Virus record (IMG/VR): IMGVR_UViG_3300025009_000054
Location: 1 to 64,000 of that record
Direction: 5' to 3' (one strand)
DNA length: 64,000 nucleotides
Origin: a virus
Below, piece by piece: positions 27,400 to 38,075 of the stretch. The stretch's first letter is position 1; each line of letters begins with the position of its first letter. The notes beneath the pieces were generated by a model that saw only the letters and a list, made by a program, of their open reading frames with translations, was not told the DNA's origin and did no database searches. The translations under genes and the position numbers were made by a program.

Positions 27400-28233
27400 C
27401 TAATCACTTAACATTTCCTCCTCAAAATCGGTCACTTTTAGATTCATCATGTCTGCGATTTCGTCTGCAGTAGTACCGGTTCCGATCCATTCCAATAATG
27501 TCTTGAAAATCCTTCTCCACTCACTATTTAGATTATCATGCGTAGATAAATGATCTAGGTACATCTTAACTTCTGTTAAGGTATCACCAAACTTATCACC
27601 ACTATATCGTATTTTATACGACAAGTGGTGCAATACCTCATTAAGATGGCTATCCGGCATATCGTCTGAGTTAGCACCACAATTTGAGCAGACATATACT
27701 TCGTGGTATGCTCCAGTAGCCTCGTCCTTGACATGGGTTACGTTTTTGATTGATCTTCTACACATTCCTGAACATGCGTTACTACCATCAGTGCAATGGC
27801 AGTCGAAGTACAATTCGGTTGTTAGAGGGTGCACAAGTTTCTTGCTAGGAGCAAATATCTTATTAACTATGTCTATACCTTTTTCAGTAGGGCACACAAG
27901 TCCACTACACATAGTTACTAACCCTTTGGTCACCAAACTTTTATATATGTCTATTGTCTTAGGTGTTGATCTGCAACTACAATTCTTTAAAACAGCTTTT
28001 CTTAACGCGTACTCTTCGTCGATAGATAGTGGTATATTACTAATAATCTTTCTCAGTTTGATAACCTCAGTAAGCAGAGTATCTCTATCTTCCTCAGCCT
28101 CGGTCATATTATAATCACATGTGTAACACGGAGTAGTCTTATCAGTACAACCATTACAGTACCTGGTGCGCATGATATTCCTATCAATAATAAGGATTAA
28201 CTCTGAATCTGTAAACTCTCTAGGTATTCTCAT
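27400..28233 (-). CDS. Cys-rich hypothetical protein
   Basis: Start MRIPRE after GGAGG. Confidence 0.7.
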   Translation of the reverse strand: MRIPREFTDSELILIIDRNIMRTRYCNGCTDKTTPCYTCDYNMTEAEEDRDTLLTEVIKLRKIISNIPLSIDEEYALRKAVLKNCSCRSTPKTIDIYKSLVTKGLVTMCSGLVCPTEKGIDIVNKIFAPSKKLVHPLTTELYFDCHCTDGSNACSGMCRRSIKNVTHVKDEATGAYHEVYVCSNCGANSDDMPDSHLNEVLHHLSYKIRYSGDKFGDTLTEVKMYLDHLSTHDNLNSEWRRIFKTLLEWIGTGTTADEIADMMNLKVTDFEEEMLSD

Positions 28234-28441
28234 TTTCCACCTCCGAATTGAGTATCTCATTAATAATGCATCTAGCTATATCGATAGACCTAGCTGCTAT
28301 TTGAGTATTGCTATTATTGCCACCAAGATGTACCGCGAGTGGGCCCGCCATACGCGAGGCCATTTTCGCACAGATCATTGGTCCGTTAACGTCTATGGCG
28401 TCTATGAAGTCCGCCATAGAGTGTGCACTAAATTTACTCAT
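28220..28441 (-). CDS. hypothetical protein
   Basis: Start MSKFSAH after GGAGG. Confidence 0.55.
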   Translation of the reverse strand: MSKFSAHSMADFIDAIDVNGPMICAKMASRMAGPLAVHLGGNNSNTQIAARSIDIARCIINEILNSEVENENT

Positions 28442-28835
28442 TTTCTCCTCCACCGTACATGGCGTCTTCTTCTGGTGAGCCATTCTTTGTTATTACTGAT
28501 ACTTCTTCACATCTAGATATCAGACCCTTAACCGGATTATTCTTGAGTATGAAGTTAATCTGGTCTATGATATTTGACATAACACCAGGGATCGATGTTA
28601 CTACAATCTCCATTCTGTAATTCTTAGTCTCATCACTTATCTTGAGTAGACACTCCATGCATGTCTCGGTAAGTGGTATGTGAACCTTCACTGATTGAAA
28701 CGACTTTGCACATTCTGGACACACAACTGTGCTACACGCTGAGCAGGTTGCCTCGGTATTCATTGCGATTCCACCAACTCTACCATGAGTGGTACGAGTA
28801 GTGTCACTAGATAATGGTGTTCCACTAGACATCAT
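28434..28835 (-). CDS. Cys-rich hypothetical protein
   Basis: ORF track; start uncertain. Confidence 0.55.
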   Translation of the reverse strand: MMSSGTPLSSDTTRTTHGRVGGIAMNTEATCSACSTVVCPECAKSFQSVKVHIPLTETCMECLLKISDETKNYRMEIVVTSIPGVMSNIIDQINFILKNNPVKGLISRCEEVSVITKNGSPEEDAMYGGGENE

Positions 28836-29245
28836 TTACCTCTATTCATAGCTATTTGTACCGCCATCAAAAATATATCATCATCTGACATGTTATTAGC
28901 CGTATCTACTAGAAATTTTATGCTAGTGTCGACATGTAACCACACCTGATCAATTATATCCCCTCGCTGTCGGGTACGTTTTACCGCCAGATCTCCACTA
29001 TCGTCCATTCCCCATTCTTCGCCCATAGAGTTAAATGTGCCACCGATAAGAAGATGTTCAAGTAATATAACCGCCTTGGGTCGACCACGCCATTTGGGCT
29101 CTACTACCTCAACTTGCTGCTGTATAGCAGGTTTAGTGGTCGTACTACACTCTTCTCTGCAGTTATCACACATCTCGTACTGTTCAGTCTGACCATTCGA
29201 TACCTGATCAAATAATTTACCACATCGTGGGCATATCAGTATCAT
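28832..29245 (-). CDS. hypothetical protein, N-terminal Zn ribbon
   Basis: CPRC...CDNC. Confidence 0.7.
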   Translation of the reverse strand: MILICPRCGKLFDQVSNGQTEQYEMCDNCREECSTTTKPAIQQQVEVVEPKWRGRPKAVILLEHLLIGGTFNSMGEEWGMDDSGDLAVKRTRQRGDIIDQVWLHVDTSIKFLVDTANNMSDDDIFLMAVQIAMNRGK

Positions 29246-29691
29246 TACTGCACCTCCACCAATGACCCATTAACAATGATAAGAGCGCGTTCATAACGCT
29301 GTCTCAATTTTGGATCAATTTTGTAATTTCCTGGTCGATCGTTTGATAAATTATCTCTCAGGTCTTCTCTTTTAATCTTTGCGGCATTGCGATCTTCGCA
29401 ACACCTAAAGATATAGTCAAAGTACTCTTCATCTTTTCTGCGTGTAAGATGAATGAGTATTACTATATTGGCTACTGGCATTCCCCACTTTTCTAATTCT
29501 TCAAATGTTGTCTTCTCATCCTCTATAGCATCATGTAATAGTGCTACTGTTTGTAGGAACACATCATCTAGTGATAAGGCCACTCTGACTAGGTGATATA
29601 TATAAGGTTGCCCAGCCTTATCAACTTGTCCATTGTGGAGCCGTGCCGCTACGTTAAAATAGCTAGTTATTGAATCTAATTCTATCTCCAT
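29245..29691 (-). CDS. HD-domain small alarmone hydrolase-like protein (RelA/SpoT HD family)
   Basis: AARLHNGQVDKAGQPYIYHLVRVA...ALLHDAIED...KIKREDLRDN. Confidence 0.82.
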   Translation of the reverse strand: MEIELDSITSYFNVAARLHNGQVDKAGQPYIYHLVRVALSLDDVFLQTVALLHDAIEDEKTTFEELEKWGMPVANIVILIHLTRRKDEEYFDYIFRCCEDRNAAKIKREDLRDNLSNDRPGNYKIDPKLRQRYERALIIVNGSLVEVQ

Positions 29692-29711
29692 ATTACACCC
29701 CTACGATATTT

Positions 29712-29796
29712 TGGTGGGGCTAGAGGGGGTCGAACCCTCATGAGTTTCCTCGACAGATTTTAAATCTGTTGTGTATGCCAGTTCCACCATAGCCCC
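29712..29796 (-). tRNA. tRNA-Leu (anticodon UAA)
   Basis: Minus strand GGGGCTA acceptor stem, ACAGA-TTTAAAA-TCTGT anticodon arm, long variable arm, GGTTCGA T-loop, encoded CCA. Confidence 0.93.
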
Positions 29797-30000
29797 TCAT
29801 TTCTATTCAACCACGATCTGCGCATATCCTACTGTATTGCCATTTATATCCATCAGATGATCAGCGCGATATTCACACCCACTTCTAAGGTTATATGCGT
29901 AACTCTCAAGAATACGCGCAATTTCATCTTTATTGAGCATCGCATCATCTTCGAAGTTTAGATTAATCTTTAGTTTTCTCACTACCTACCTCCTGTTTTA

Positions 30001-30040
30001 TTTGGAGAGTACGGAGTATAACAGCTCCGTACTCTCCAAA
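30001..30040 (-). terminator. intrinsic terminator-like hairpin
   Basis: TTTGGAGAGTACGGAG...CTCCGTACTCTCCAAA perfect 16-bp stem just after 30045..30440. Confidence 0.7.
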
Positions 30041-30044
30041 TAGT

Positions 30045-30440
30045 TTACTCGCTTAGTTCAGCAATCCTAGCCTGAAGCTCTTCCACCGAAGCACCCTCAA
30101 GTACTTCACGTTCCTTACGAGCTATGATGCTCTGCAGGTGCTGTATTTCATCTTTACGTGCTTTGGCTTGTAGTGCATCATCTCGCTCTTTCTTCTTGAC
30201 ATCAATGACATACTTCACAATGTCAAATTGTAGTTGAAGCACTGAGTTTGTTTTAGTATCACCATCCACGAAGTCCGGAGTCTCACTATCCTGGAGCTTT
30301 ACATATAGATCTTTTGCGATGTCGTTCAGGTTGGCTCCACCTCTATCAGAAGTAAGTGGAAGATCCCACAAATCCTCAGTACTAACAATACCCTTACTAA
30401 CATTAAACCTGAGCTTAATACGGCTTGCTTTAATAAACAC
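30045..30440 (-). CDS. conserved-type phage coiled-coil protein
   Basis: KLRF..KG..STEDLWDLPL; adjacent to the 678-aa gene. Confidence 0.8.
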   Translation of the reverse strand: MFIKASRIKLRFNVSKGIVSTEDLWDLPLTSDRGGANLNDIAKDLYVKLQDSETPDFVDGDTKTNSVLQLQFDIVKYVIDVKKKERDDALQAKARKDEIQHLQSIIARKEREVLEGASVEELQARIAELSE

Positions 30441-30451
30441 GCTATTCCTCC

Positions 30452-32488
30452 TCAGAACGTTATTTTGATGATTCGGGAGAAACTCCCGCTGACTTTGCAG
30501 AGTATCTTATTTCTCTGCGTAGACGAAAACCCGATGCCGCTTAATTGCTCGGCGGACTCAGGTATCGTAAGTTTAGCTCCGACCATTTCGAAGACTTTTC
30601 CATGTGGTGCTAGTGCACCACTAAGGAATTCATTAAATATTCCTCGTGGCTGGCTATCATTTTTGCAGCCATCTAACATGAAGAAGTAGTGCTTATTGCC
30701 CACTCCATCACCATCCCAGTAATTCGGGGATAGCAGCATGACATTTACTTTGTGGAACGTCTGTGTTTTAAGTCCCCAAATCTCTTTGCCTGACTGCGCT
30801 GAAGGCAGGGACTCCAGGAATACTATACCATTCGCCTTGCTATACTGGAACTTAGCGACTATCACCTTGTCATTTGTATTCATCACTTTTGGATACGCGT
30901 ACCTTGTTACACTACCTTTGAAATCGATCTCGACTTCAAATCCGAAGTCCTTCTGATTTCGCTTTGTATATTGGTGCACGTAAAGGGTGTACACTCCCTC
31001 TTTCATGCTAAATTCATTCTGGTAATAGATATTCTCTGATGGATCAGTCCTATTACCATCACAACCATTGGCATCTAGGTCTAGTATCCCACCACACGCA
31101 GATCTTTGCCTTCTATTCGAGTAGTAGATGTGATATCCATCCGGTTCAATCATGTGCAAATCTAGATCGTCTGTGTTATCCCACGATAGGCGACAGCACA
31201 AGTCGCCAGTTACATTTCCTCCAGCCTTCTTTACCCGTTCCTTAATCGAGTCAGCTAGCTGTCCACTATAGGACCAGCTAAAATTGTTAGACCACTTAAA
31301 TAACTGTCCTGCTGTTGGATCCGCTGGAGCTATCAGACTAACTAGGTTTCCAGCATGTGCATCTTCCAGCATTATCTCTATAGAGTCTACCTTTGGAAGG
31401 ATATCTTCGATAAACTTCTCTATAGTGACTTCTTGAACATTATCAAGCTTTTTCGTATTGACGGGTGCAGATGTAGCAAGGTCGTCGAATACACTACCTT
31501 CCATAATGCTTCTAGTCGTTCGATCGACAAACAGTACATTATTTACCGTTATGTCTGTGAGAGTTGCATATCGTCTATCAAGTGCAGATGTAAGCCCAAG
31601 CCCTTCAATTGTCTGTTTGGCATTTTCCACCATCTTCGGAGTGACTAAAGAAGTTGGACGCTGATAGTTTGTTGGAGCAACTTTCGCCTCAAATGAAGCT
31701 ACAGCTCTCTCAAGGTCTACACCATCCGACAAATCGACGAGTAGTGTTCCTATCACGTCGTTTCTAACCTTACATGCAAACTTATACGGACCGTCAAGCT
31801 GTGCCCATACGTAGAGATCTCTATCGGCATTATCTACACGATCATAATCAGCCTTCATATGCTGGAGTGCTTCTACGAGATTCTTCTTCTCCACGCCTCG
31901 ATACAGCGCATTCTGAGCTATTAGCTCTAGCACCGTATCGATGGAGTCATTAGTTATCTCTTCTAGGCTACGTTTTAATACATCATGTTGGGCACGAGCC
32001 TCTGACAACGCCGGACCAATATCTTTACTCGCTTTATAGAAACATCTGGTGCCACGTGCGCCACTCGGTATGTGCACGAAGAAATGTTCCCACGTCTGCA
32101 TACCAGATGTGAGCTGTGAGAAATTCTTATCTATTCCAGCTACCTTTTCGGAATGCAAAAATATATTTTCTATTGGTTTGGATTTTACTAATGCGGACAT
32201 TGCATTAGCAACGACCTGATATGTATCATCACCAAGCGCGATATCCCAGATGCTCACAAGCTTACCGTCTATAATCGCGACAGTATCACCAACAGTCCGA
32301 ATGAATTGCTTACAAGCCGTACAGTCGTACTCCGCACGTTCCTTGTATATAGGATTCGTACCTTCAGGAAAACTACTTAGGTACGTATCCCATAGGACAT
32401 CCTTATCTACATCAGTTCTTAACATGTTGTACTGCGCCATAAGACTAAACTGTTTTGCTATAGCATCTTTGAAAATCTTGAATTGCAT
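30452..32488 (-). CDS. large conserved-type phage protein with YfaP/DUF2135-like domain
   Basis: YDCTACKQF; LSWDNTDDLDLHMIEPDG...LDLDAN...ENIYY. Confidence 0.75.
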   Translation of the reverse strand: MQFKIFKDAIAKQFSLMAQYNMLRTDVDKDVLWDTYLSSFPEGTNPIYKERAEYDCTACKQFIRTVGDTVAIIDGKLVSIWDIALGDDTYQVVANAMSALVKSKPIENIFLHSEKVAGIDKNFSQLTSGMQTWEHFFVHIPSGARGTRCFYKASKDIGPALSEARAQHDVLKRSLEEITNDSIDTVLELIAQNALYRGVEKKNLVEALQHMKADYDRVDNADRDLYVWAQLDGPYKFACKVRNDVIGTLLVDLSDGVDLERAVASFEAKVAPTNYQRPTSLVTPKMVENAKQTIEGLGLTSALDRRYATLTDITVNNVLFVDRTTRSIMEGSVFDDLATSAPVNTKKLDNVQEVTIEKFIEDILPKVDSIEIMLEDAHAGNLVSLIAPADPTAGQLFKWSNNFSWSYSGQLADSIKERVKKAGGNVTGDLCCRLSWDNTDDLDLHMIEPDGYHIYYSNRRQRSACGGILDLDANGCDGNRTDPSENIYYQNEFSMKEGVYTLYVHQYTKRNQKDFGFEVEIDFKGSVTRYAYPKVMNTNDKVIVAKFQYSKANGIVFLESLPSAQSGKEIWGLKTQTFHKVNVMLLSPNYWDGDGVGNKHYFFMLDGCKNDSQPRGIFNEFLSGALAPHGKVFEMVGAKLTIPESAEQLSGIGFSSTQRNKILCKVSGSFSRIIKITF

Positions 32489-32530
32489 GTGATTACCTTT
32501 CTTAATATTATTTACGTTTTACTAAATATT

Positions 32531-32833
32531 CTATTTCCCGCCAATCTTTATAACCGCGTTGCATGCTGTACAATCCCAATCGCTACTACGTGGGTACTGC
32601 AGCATCGGCTTACCACATATAGAGCATCGAATAGCAGACACCACAACATATTCTACTACGCGTTGTGCGAATTGCACAGTAATCTTCTCCATGTCTGGAG
32701 TCTTTTCTACGATTTGATGGTGAAGAGGTAGTCGTATCTTAAACTCTTCATCGCTGAATAATTCAGTATTTACAATTCTACCATCAACGCCCTTATGCCG
32801 TACACTAAACATTCTATTTGAAATTTCCATCAT
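32531..32833 (-). CDS. hypothetical protein, C-terminal Zn ribbon
   Basis: CSIC...CTAC. Confidence 0.6.
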   Translation of the reverse strand: MMEISNRMFSVRHKGVDGRIVNTELFSDEEFKIRLPLHHQIVEKTPDMEKITVQFAQRVVEYVVVSAIRCSICGKPMLQYPRSSDWDCTACNAVIKIGGK

Positions 32834-32917
32834 TCATCACCATATTCACTAGTAATGTTTATAGCTACAGCAATTAACTCTTGTCTTGCTTTATTCTCAC
32901 TATCTGATAGATCTTCA

Positions 32918-33205
32918 TCATCCAGGTGCCTGACGCAATCCTTCAGGTCGTTCAATGTGTTCTCGAATCTGCAGTAGCCCATGTTCCCCATAGCCTTTTC
33001 TCCCTTCCAGTAATTGTTCTAAAGTCCATGTACCAGGTATTCGATCAGCCCGTATATCGCCACAATCTCTACACTTCTTTAATATTATTGTATACCTCTC
33101 TATCGGCTGATCTAAAATATTTTTCCTTATTTCTTGCTGTGAATCGATGATCTTCCAACTATGTTTATGTAACCACATTAGTAATCTCATTCCCATCTTT
33201 ATCAA
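32918..33205 (-). CDS. hypothetical protein
   Basis: ORF track; start uncertain. Confidence 0.5.
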   Translation of the reverse strand: MIKMGMRLLMWLHKHSWKIIDSQQEIRKNILDQPIERYTIILKKCRDCGDIRADRIPGTWTLEQLLEGRKGYGEHGLLQIREHIERPEGLRQAPG

Positions 33206-33761
33206 GCTCTATATCGATACCAATGCCAAATCGATTCTCAATTATTCTTGGATCCGAAATGCCATTTTGTTTATCGTACCAGGTATTGAATGCCAGATCG
33301 TCTGGTGCTAATACCCATTTAATGAGGTGATCTGTTTCATCTGTATCACCATTGAATCCATCACCAGTCACCTCATAGCAGACTGGCAATTCTTGACCTT
33401 TCGGTAGTTCCTGATTAATACTCATTACCTGTGGCACTATAGTCTCGATATAACCTGCCGCATCCTCAGTCATATTTGATATGCGATATCCGCCATCCGG
33501 CATGAAGTATGCGACTGTATCTCTTCTACTAAATTCCTTTATACTAGCGGCTAGACTACTCAACATTAGCGCGATGCTGTTAACTTCATCACGGAAACCT
33601 CTAATTTCAGCCTCAGCCATTATCTGGTGTCTCTCCTCGGACGTGGGTATAGGTTTGAGATTTCTAGAGAAGCACTCTTTACAGATCGTATCTACGCTAG
33701 AATTTGGGCATCCGCACTTGAGACATTCCATTAATCTATCCACTAGTAGCCATCCTCCCAT
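33165..33761 (-). CDS. hypothetical protein
   Basis: ORF track; start uncertain. Confidence 0.65.
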   Translation of the reverse strand: MGGWLLVDRLMECLKCGCPNSSVDTICKECFSRNLKPIPTSEERHQIMAEAEIRGFRDEVNSIALMLSSLAASIKEFSRRDTVAYFMPDGGYRISNMTEDAAGYIETIVPQVMSINQELPKGQELPVCYEVTGDGFNGDTDETDHLIKWVLAPDDLAFNTWYDKQNGISDPRIIENRFGIGIDIELDKDGNEITNVVT

Positions 33762-33982
33762 CTTTCCCCAGCATATGTGGGGTCAAAGTCTGAGGGAGCA
33801 TTCACCGGATATTTGGTACGCTGTTCCTCATCAAACTTACATCGCTCTTTCCAGTGGTTCTCACAGTACGGGTAGCTTCTATAGCCACTGACCGATGTTG
33901 CACTTTCTACCATTTGATACGTTACAGGACCACTACAATTTCCTCTGTGGTCTTCTCTACATACAAGTGCCTCTTCTCCCAC
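33743..33982 (-). CDS. hypothetical phage protein
   Basis: APSDFDPTYAGERW C-terminus. Confidence 0.65.
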   Translation of the reverse strand: MGEEALVCREDHRGNCSGPVTYQMVESATSVSGYRSYPYCENHWKERCKFDEEQRTKYPVNAPSDFDPTYAGERWEDGY

Positions 33983-34258
33983 TTATTCCTCCATATCTGG
34001 TAAGTCTACCACCATGTTAGCCATAGCATGACCACAATCAGAAAGAAATTTAATCTTACCATCAGTAATATATGAATGGCAATGTACGTCTTGTGGTGTA
34101 TTTGCATTGACATTTATTGATGGCTGAAATGTTGGTTTTTCATAGTCACCATTGAACGTCCATCTATCATCAACCATATGCCATGTGTTACATGCTGGAC
34201 ATTGGATGGCATAGCCAACATGTTTGCCATCCTCTATCATATTTAATACTTTAGACAT
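33983..34258 (-). CDS. DUF6527-like protein
   Basis: CPAC...WTFNGDYEKPTFQPSI...CHSYITDGKIKFLSDCGH. Confidence 0.75.
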   Translation of the reverse strand: MSKVLNMIEDGKHVGYAIQCPACNTWHMVDDRWTFNGDYEKPTFQPSINVNANTPQDVHCHSYITDGKIKFLSDCGHAMANMVVDLPDMEE

Positions 34259-34266
34259 CTGGCCTC

Positions 34267-34476
34267 CTAATTATCAGATTTTGTACGCTCAAGACCCCAG
34301 AAGTATCTACCCCAGTGTCTATCTAGGGTCTGCGTTAATACCTCGTCTGGTACAGAACATTCTTCAAAGCATTTGTTTGCGGTGTTGTAGGAGTCCGTGA
34401 CTACCGATACTCCTAGTGATTCTAGGTGCGGTCCATCAATATCGGGGTCTTGTGAGTAGATCCAGCCTTTGAACAT
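34267..34476 (-). CDS. hypothetical protein
   Basis: ORF track; GGAGG RBS. Confidence 0.65.
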   Translation of the reverse strand: MFKGWIYSQDPDIDGPHLESLGVSVVTDSYNTANKCFEECSVPDEVLTQTLDRHWGRYFWGLERTKSDN

Positions 34477-34484
34477 CGCGCCTC

Positions 34485-35054
34485 CTATGTCGTTTTATTT
34501 ATCTCCGCTGCTATGGCACCCAATCTTTTCTCTACGCCTATGTTGATACGTCTCTGCACCGATAGCTCAATGGCAGCATTAATCATATTATCAAGATCTA
34601 GGCTATCAATCTTCTCTTCGATACGCTTATTGAGTTCGGTGTATTTAGCGGATACTGTCGCATTAAGTTTATCTGGCGAAAACTCAGCATATATATCCTG
34701 CATTTCTGATTTTAGACACTCATTGAACATCTTGATAGCTTCGGCCTTTAGCGTTCTATTCCACGAGTTAGATCTACTTTTTTCGTAGTACAGGCTATCT
34801 ACGTACATCTTAGCTGCATCTGCGGCATTCTGTACCATCTTCGTATTTGCGACACCCTTTAGATATCTTGATGCGAACGATTGTACGATATTGTCTCTGA
34901 GTTCTACTTCCGCCTGTGAATCACCGCCAATGAGATCTACTAAATCCTGGTATCCAAGTTGAATGATAATTTTGGTGCGTCCACGTGGATCTCTTTCATT
35001 TTCTTCCATTAATTTACCCTCCGCGCTATATATATATGGTTCCTGAGATGTCAC
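34485..35054 (-). CDS. hypothetical phage protein
   Basis: ORF track; real start probably MEENE. Confidence 0.7.
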   Translation of the reverse strand: MTSQEPYIYSAEGKLMEENERDPRGRTKIIIQLGYQDLVDLIGGDSQAEVELRDNIVQSFASRYLKGVANTKMVQNAADAAKMYVDSLYYEKSRSNSWNRTLKAEAIKMFNECLKSEMQDIYAEFSPDKLNATVSAKYTELNKRIEEKIDSLDLDNMINAAIELSVQRRINIGVEKRLGAIAAEINKTT

Positions 35055-35265
35055 CGCTTTTATCGTACTTATCGAATATGCGGGTTTTACCGTTCTGTAT
35101 TATCGTTATGGTCTGAGTTCCTTTATCACCATCCGTAAATTCTTTCATTACAATCACTGTCTTTCCATCAGACCCAACGCACTTAGTTTCACGACTGTAA
35201 TCATCACAGCCACCTATAGCAATTAGTGTAAGTATGACAACTATGACAACTATGACACGCTTCAT
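35026..35265 (-). CDS. putative lipoprotein
   Basis: MKRVIVVIVVILTLIAIGGC lipobox-like signal. Confidence 0.6.
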   Translation of the reverse strand: MKRVIVVIVVILTLIAIGGCDDYSRETKCVGSDGKTVIVMKEFTDGDKGTQTITIIQNGKTRIFDKYDKSGDISGTIYI

Positions 35266-35510
35266 GGTTCCTTCTCCAATCCGGCGACAAATTCCTTCAT
35301 AGCCTTCCTAGTATGTGGAATGCCGATCCTCTTACATGTTCTCCTAATAGCTACACTGTATAAATTCGCCGTTCCAGCTATCATAGCATCTACCATTTTC
35401 GCCGCTACTATCGGCATATTTTCTACTGGCCACGCATATTTATCAGGCAGTTCTATTACTACACGTTTCAGCTCTTCCTGGTATATCTGCAGAAATTCCT
35501 GCTTTGTCAT
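35262..35510 (-). CDS. hypothetical phage protein
   Basis: ORF track. Confidence 0.7.
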   Translation of the reverse strand: MTKQEFLQIYQEELKRVVIELPDKYAWPVENMPIVAAKMVDAMIAGTANLYSVAIRRTCKRIGIPHTRKAMKEFVAGLEKEP

Positions 35511-35925
35511 TTAGCCACCTCTACAATCTAGCTATGGCATATTCCTATACCAATTAGTACCGTAAGCCCTCTTATTGACTTCATATTTTAAAATGCCAAT
35601 CAGTACCAATACTGCAACGCAAACGATGATATGGGTAGTTAGATAGTCGCCCATATCAATGATTTTATTTACAATTATACTCATTTAGCCACCTCTACGT
35701 ACAAACCATCAGGCCATGACAGGAATTCACGATTTCTATCTTTATTCCTGAGAACCCTCATGTTGATATTGACCACTTCAAATGGACCGTAATAGTACGG
35801 TTTTAGGTGGTCATTTTTATCACGTCTTTTACCAAGCTCATAAACTTGATCACCCTCACTTAATTCGCACCAAATCTTCGTTTCCATAGTACCAAGTTCT
35901 TCTGGCCAGGGCATTGTCATTCTCC

Positions 35926-36858
35926 TTACGCACGTAATACGCCAAATCCATGGCAATGTGGGCAATCTTCTAGTGGTTCGTTAATATCCACCATGAGATC
36001 GTGTAGGTATGACTCAATCTTTTGCTCTAGATCTCTGTAGTTATCACCTTGGAATATCGGGCACGCTGGATAGCCCTTGTATAGACCATCTCTATTTCTA
36101 ATCGGGGCCATTCTGCACACTTCTATATCTCGATGTGTACGATACTGCGTTTGTTTTCTAGACTTTTTGCCAACTATGACTTCCGTTGTGTATGGTTCGG
36201 GTGAATCCAATCTTATATTCTTGGTCACCGTGAGACAGAAATCATAGTCATTCATCCTGGCGTGATGGCCATCGATATTTTCCCTGATATGATGCCTAAT
36301 GATGGCGTATGACTCCTCTGATGTAAGTTTACATGGCCTAGTCGCCAGCAATATATCTGGGAACAAGACTCGATCAATCACTTGATGAATAGCCGTATTA
36401 TCAGTTATTGTCTTTTTGATATTGCGTTCACCGTAGTCGTTATTTTTTGTAATGCTAAACGAGTATCCACGCAGGTCATCTACACTATCAACTTCCGCTA
36501 TTACAGAGATTGATAGCTGTTCATTGACATACTGTTCGGGAACCACGTCATATACCCTATAATACAAAGCAGATACATTATCATCTGGTGAATCTGATTC
36601 CATTGGTAGTATGTCTGTTGGAACGTAACCTTCTCTAAGACGCCATCCATGGTAATCTCTACTCTCTGGAATAACCAACTGACACGTTTCTGGCATCCCA
36701 TCAAGCGCAAACCACAGTTTATGGAATGTTGGCTGTGGTTTCTTACCATCAAACAAAAATGATGATATTACCGACTTATTGCTAACATAGGTTGCGGTAA
36801 CTTCTGATGTAGACGCGACGAGAACACTGGTTCCCATCTTGATACCAAGTAATTCCAT
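35926..36858 (-). CDS. hypothetical phage protein, C-terminal CPHC motif
   Basis: 310-aa ORF. Confidence 0.75.
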   Translation of the reverse strand: MELLGIKMGTSVLVASTSEVTATYVSNKSVISSFLFDGKKPQPTFHKLWFALDGMPETCQLVIPESRDYHGWRLREGYVPTDILPMESDSPDDNVSALYYRVYDVVPEQYVNEQLSISVIAEVDSVDDLRGYSFSITKNNDYGERNIKKTITDNTAIHQVIDRVLFPDILLATRPCKLTSEESYAIIRHHIRENIDGHHARMNDYDFCLTVTKNIRLDSPEPYTTEVIVGKKSRKQTQYRTHRDIEVCRMAPIRNRDGLYKGYPACPIFQGDNYRDLEQKIESYLHDLMVDINEPLEDCPHCHGFGVLRA

Positions 36859-36870
36859 TCCATGCCCCTC

Positions 36871-37332
36871 TTAGATTCTTCTATGCTTATTTCCAAACTC
36901 AAACCACTGTACTACTGGCTCATCTGGCTGCTCGTCTAATCCCCGTTTCGCAAGCTTATCTGCCATTTCATTTAACAGATTGCCAGAATGTCCCGCAGTC
37001 CATTTAAAATGTGGGTATACATTAAGCTTTTTAAACTCCTTGACATAGCCCTTAGCGCATACCTTGTTCGCTTTCCATTTTCCACTAGCCCAATGCGCAA
37101 CTCCGTTGTAGTCGTGCAAAATTGTGATATTATCACCGGTCACCATTTTAAGTGCTTCTATAACGGCAGTACACTCAGCCGCTACATTCGCGGATTCTGC
37201 CCATGACTGCCTGGTAAGTTTACACCCATAGCACGTGCCGATAATACTGCCATCATCACGTGCTACTACGAATGACCAACCGAACTTACCTTTATAGCTG
37301 CTACCATCAGTCGCTACTGTTATTCCCATCAA
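36871..37332 (-). CDS. rnhA: ribonuclease HI
   Basis: TDGS...NVAAE...HDYNG...KWTAGHSGNLLNEMADKLAK. Confidence 0.88.
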   Translation of the reverse strand: MMGITVATDGSSYKGKFGWSFVVARDDGSIIGTCYGCKLTRQSWAESANVAAECTAVIEALKMVTGDNITILHDYNGVAHWASGKWKANKVCAKGYVKEFKKLNVYPHFKWTAGHSGNLLNEMADKLAKRGLDEQPDEPVVQWFEFGNKHRRI

Positions 37333-37513
37333 TATCCTCGTCGCTCTTTACATTAATATGTAAACGCGAAGCGTACATGGTATTCCAGCAAACTTCCAAT
37401 TGAAGTAGACTCTTTAGTATTTTCTCCTTAATCATTTCATCCTGGCCGTCGATCTTGTTATCGATAGTCATTTCAACATGGATTACTTGTTTCACGAGTT
37501 TCACCTCCAGCAT
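37307..37513 (-). CDS. hypothetical protein
   Basis: ORF track. Confidence 0.5.
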   Translation of the reverse strand: MLEVKLVKQVIHVEMTIDNKIDGQDEMIKEKILKSLLQLEVCWNTMYASRLHINVKSDEDIDGNNSSD

Positions 37514-37688
37514 TCATTAGTCCGCGTATCTTGTCCCACGCTTCTACTATGTCACCGCGATCTTCGGAATCTGGTGGCATTACCATAAGTATAGACCCAA
37601 TAGCGCGGAGCGCGGTCGCCAACGTCTTTCCATCTATGGTGTAGTCAACTGCACTCTGGTCTAGGGGTGATTCACATATATTCGTCAA
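37473..37688 (-). CDS. hypothetical protein
   Basis: ORF track. Confidence 0.55.
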   Translation of the reverse strand: MTNICESPLDQSAVDYTIDGKTLATALRAIGSILMVMPPDSEDRGDIVEAWDKIRGLMNAGGETRETSNPC

Positions 37689-37984
37689 CTGTCTATATCC
37701 TTCCTATGATACTCAAACTCAACCTGTGGGTCACGTGGAATGTTATTTACAACAATCCATGATATTACACAGTGTGCCTCGCGGTATGTCTTCATACCCG
37801 CAATAGCGTCCATTTTACCAGCATATTGTCGGCTAAGTCTTTTGGAGAAATCAGGATTAGTTAATCCTGCTTTATCGTGTATGGTATATACTCTATGCAT
37901 TTTGTTATTCTCACTTTCAAATAATGCCGGTACTACGGAGCAATCATTGGTTTGCTGTTGTATTTTTGGTTGTGTGTTTATCAT
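37685..37984 (-). CDS. hypothetical protein
   Basis: ORF track. Confidence 0.55.
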   Translation of the reverse strand: MINTQPKIQQQTNDCSVVPALFESENNKMHRVYTIHDKAGLTNPDFSKRLSRQYAGKMDAIAGMKTYREAHCVISWIVVNNIPRDPQVEFEYHRKDIDS

Positions 37985-38075
37985 GGTACAGCGTACTTCT
38001 CAAACGCATGCCACGATTTTAATTATGCCAATGTTACCATCCACATTTGACCTTTCAGCCAGTACCGGCAAACTG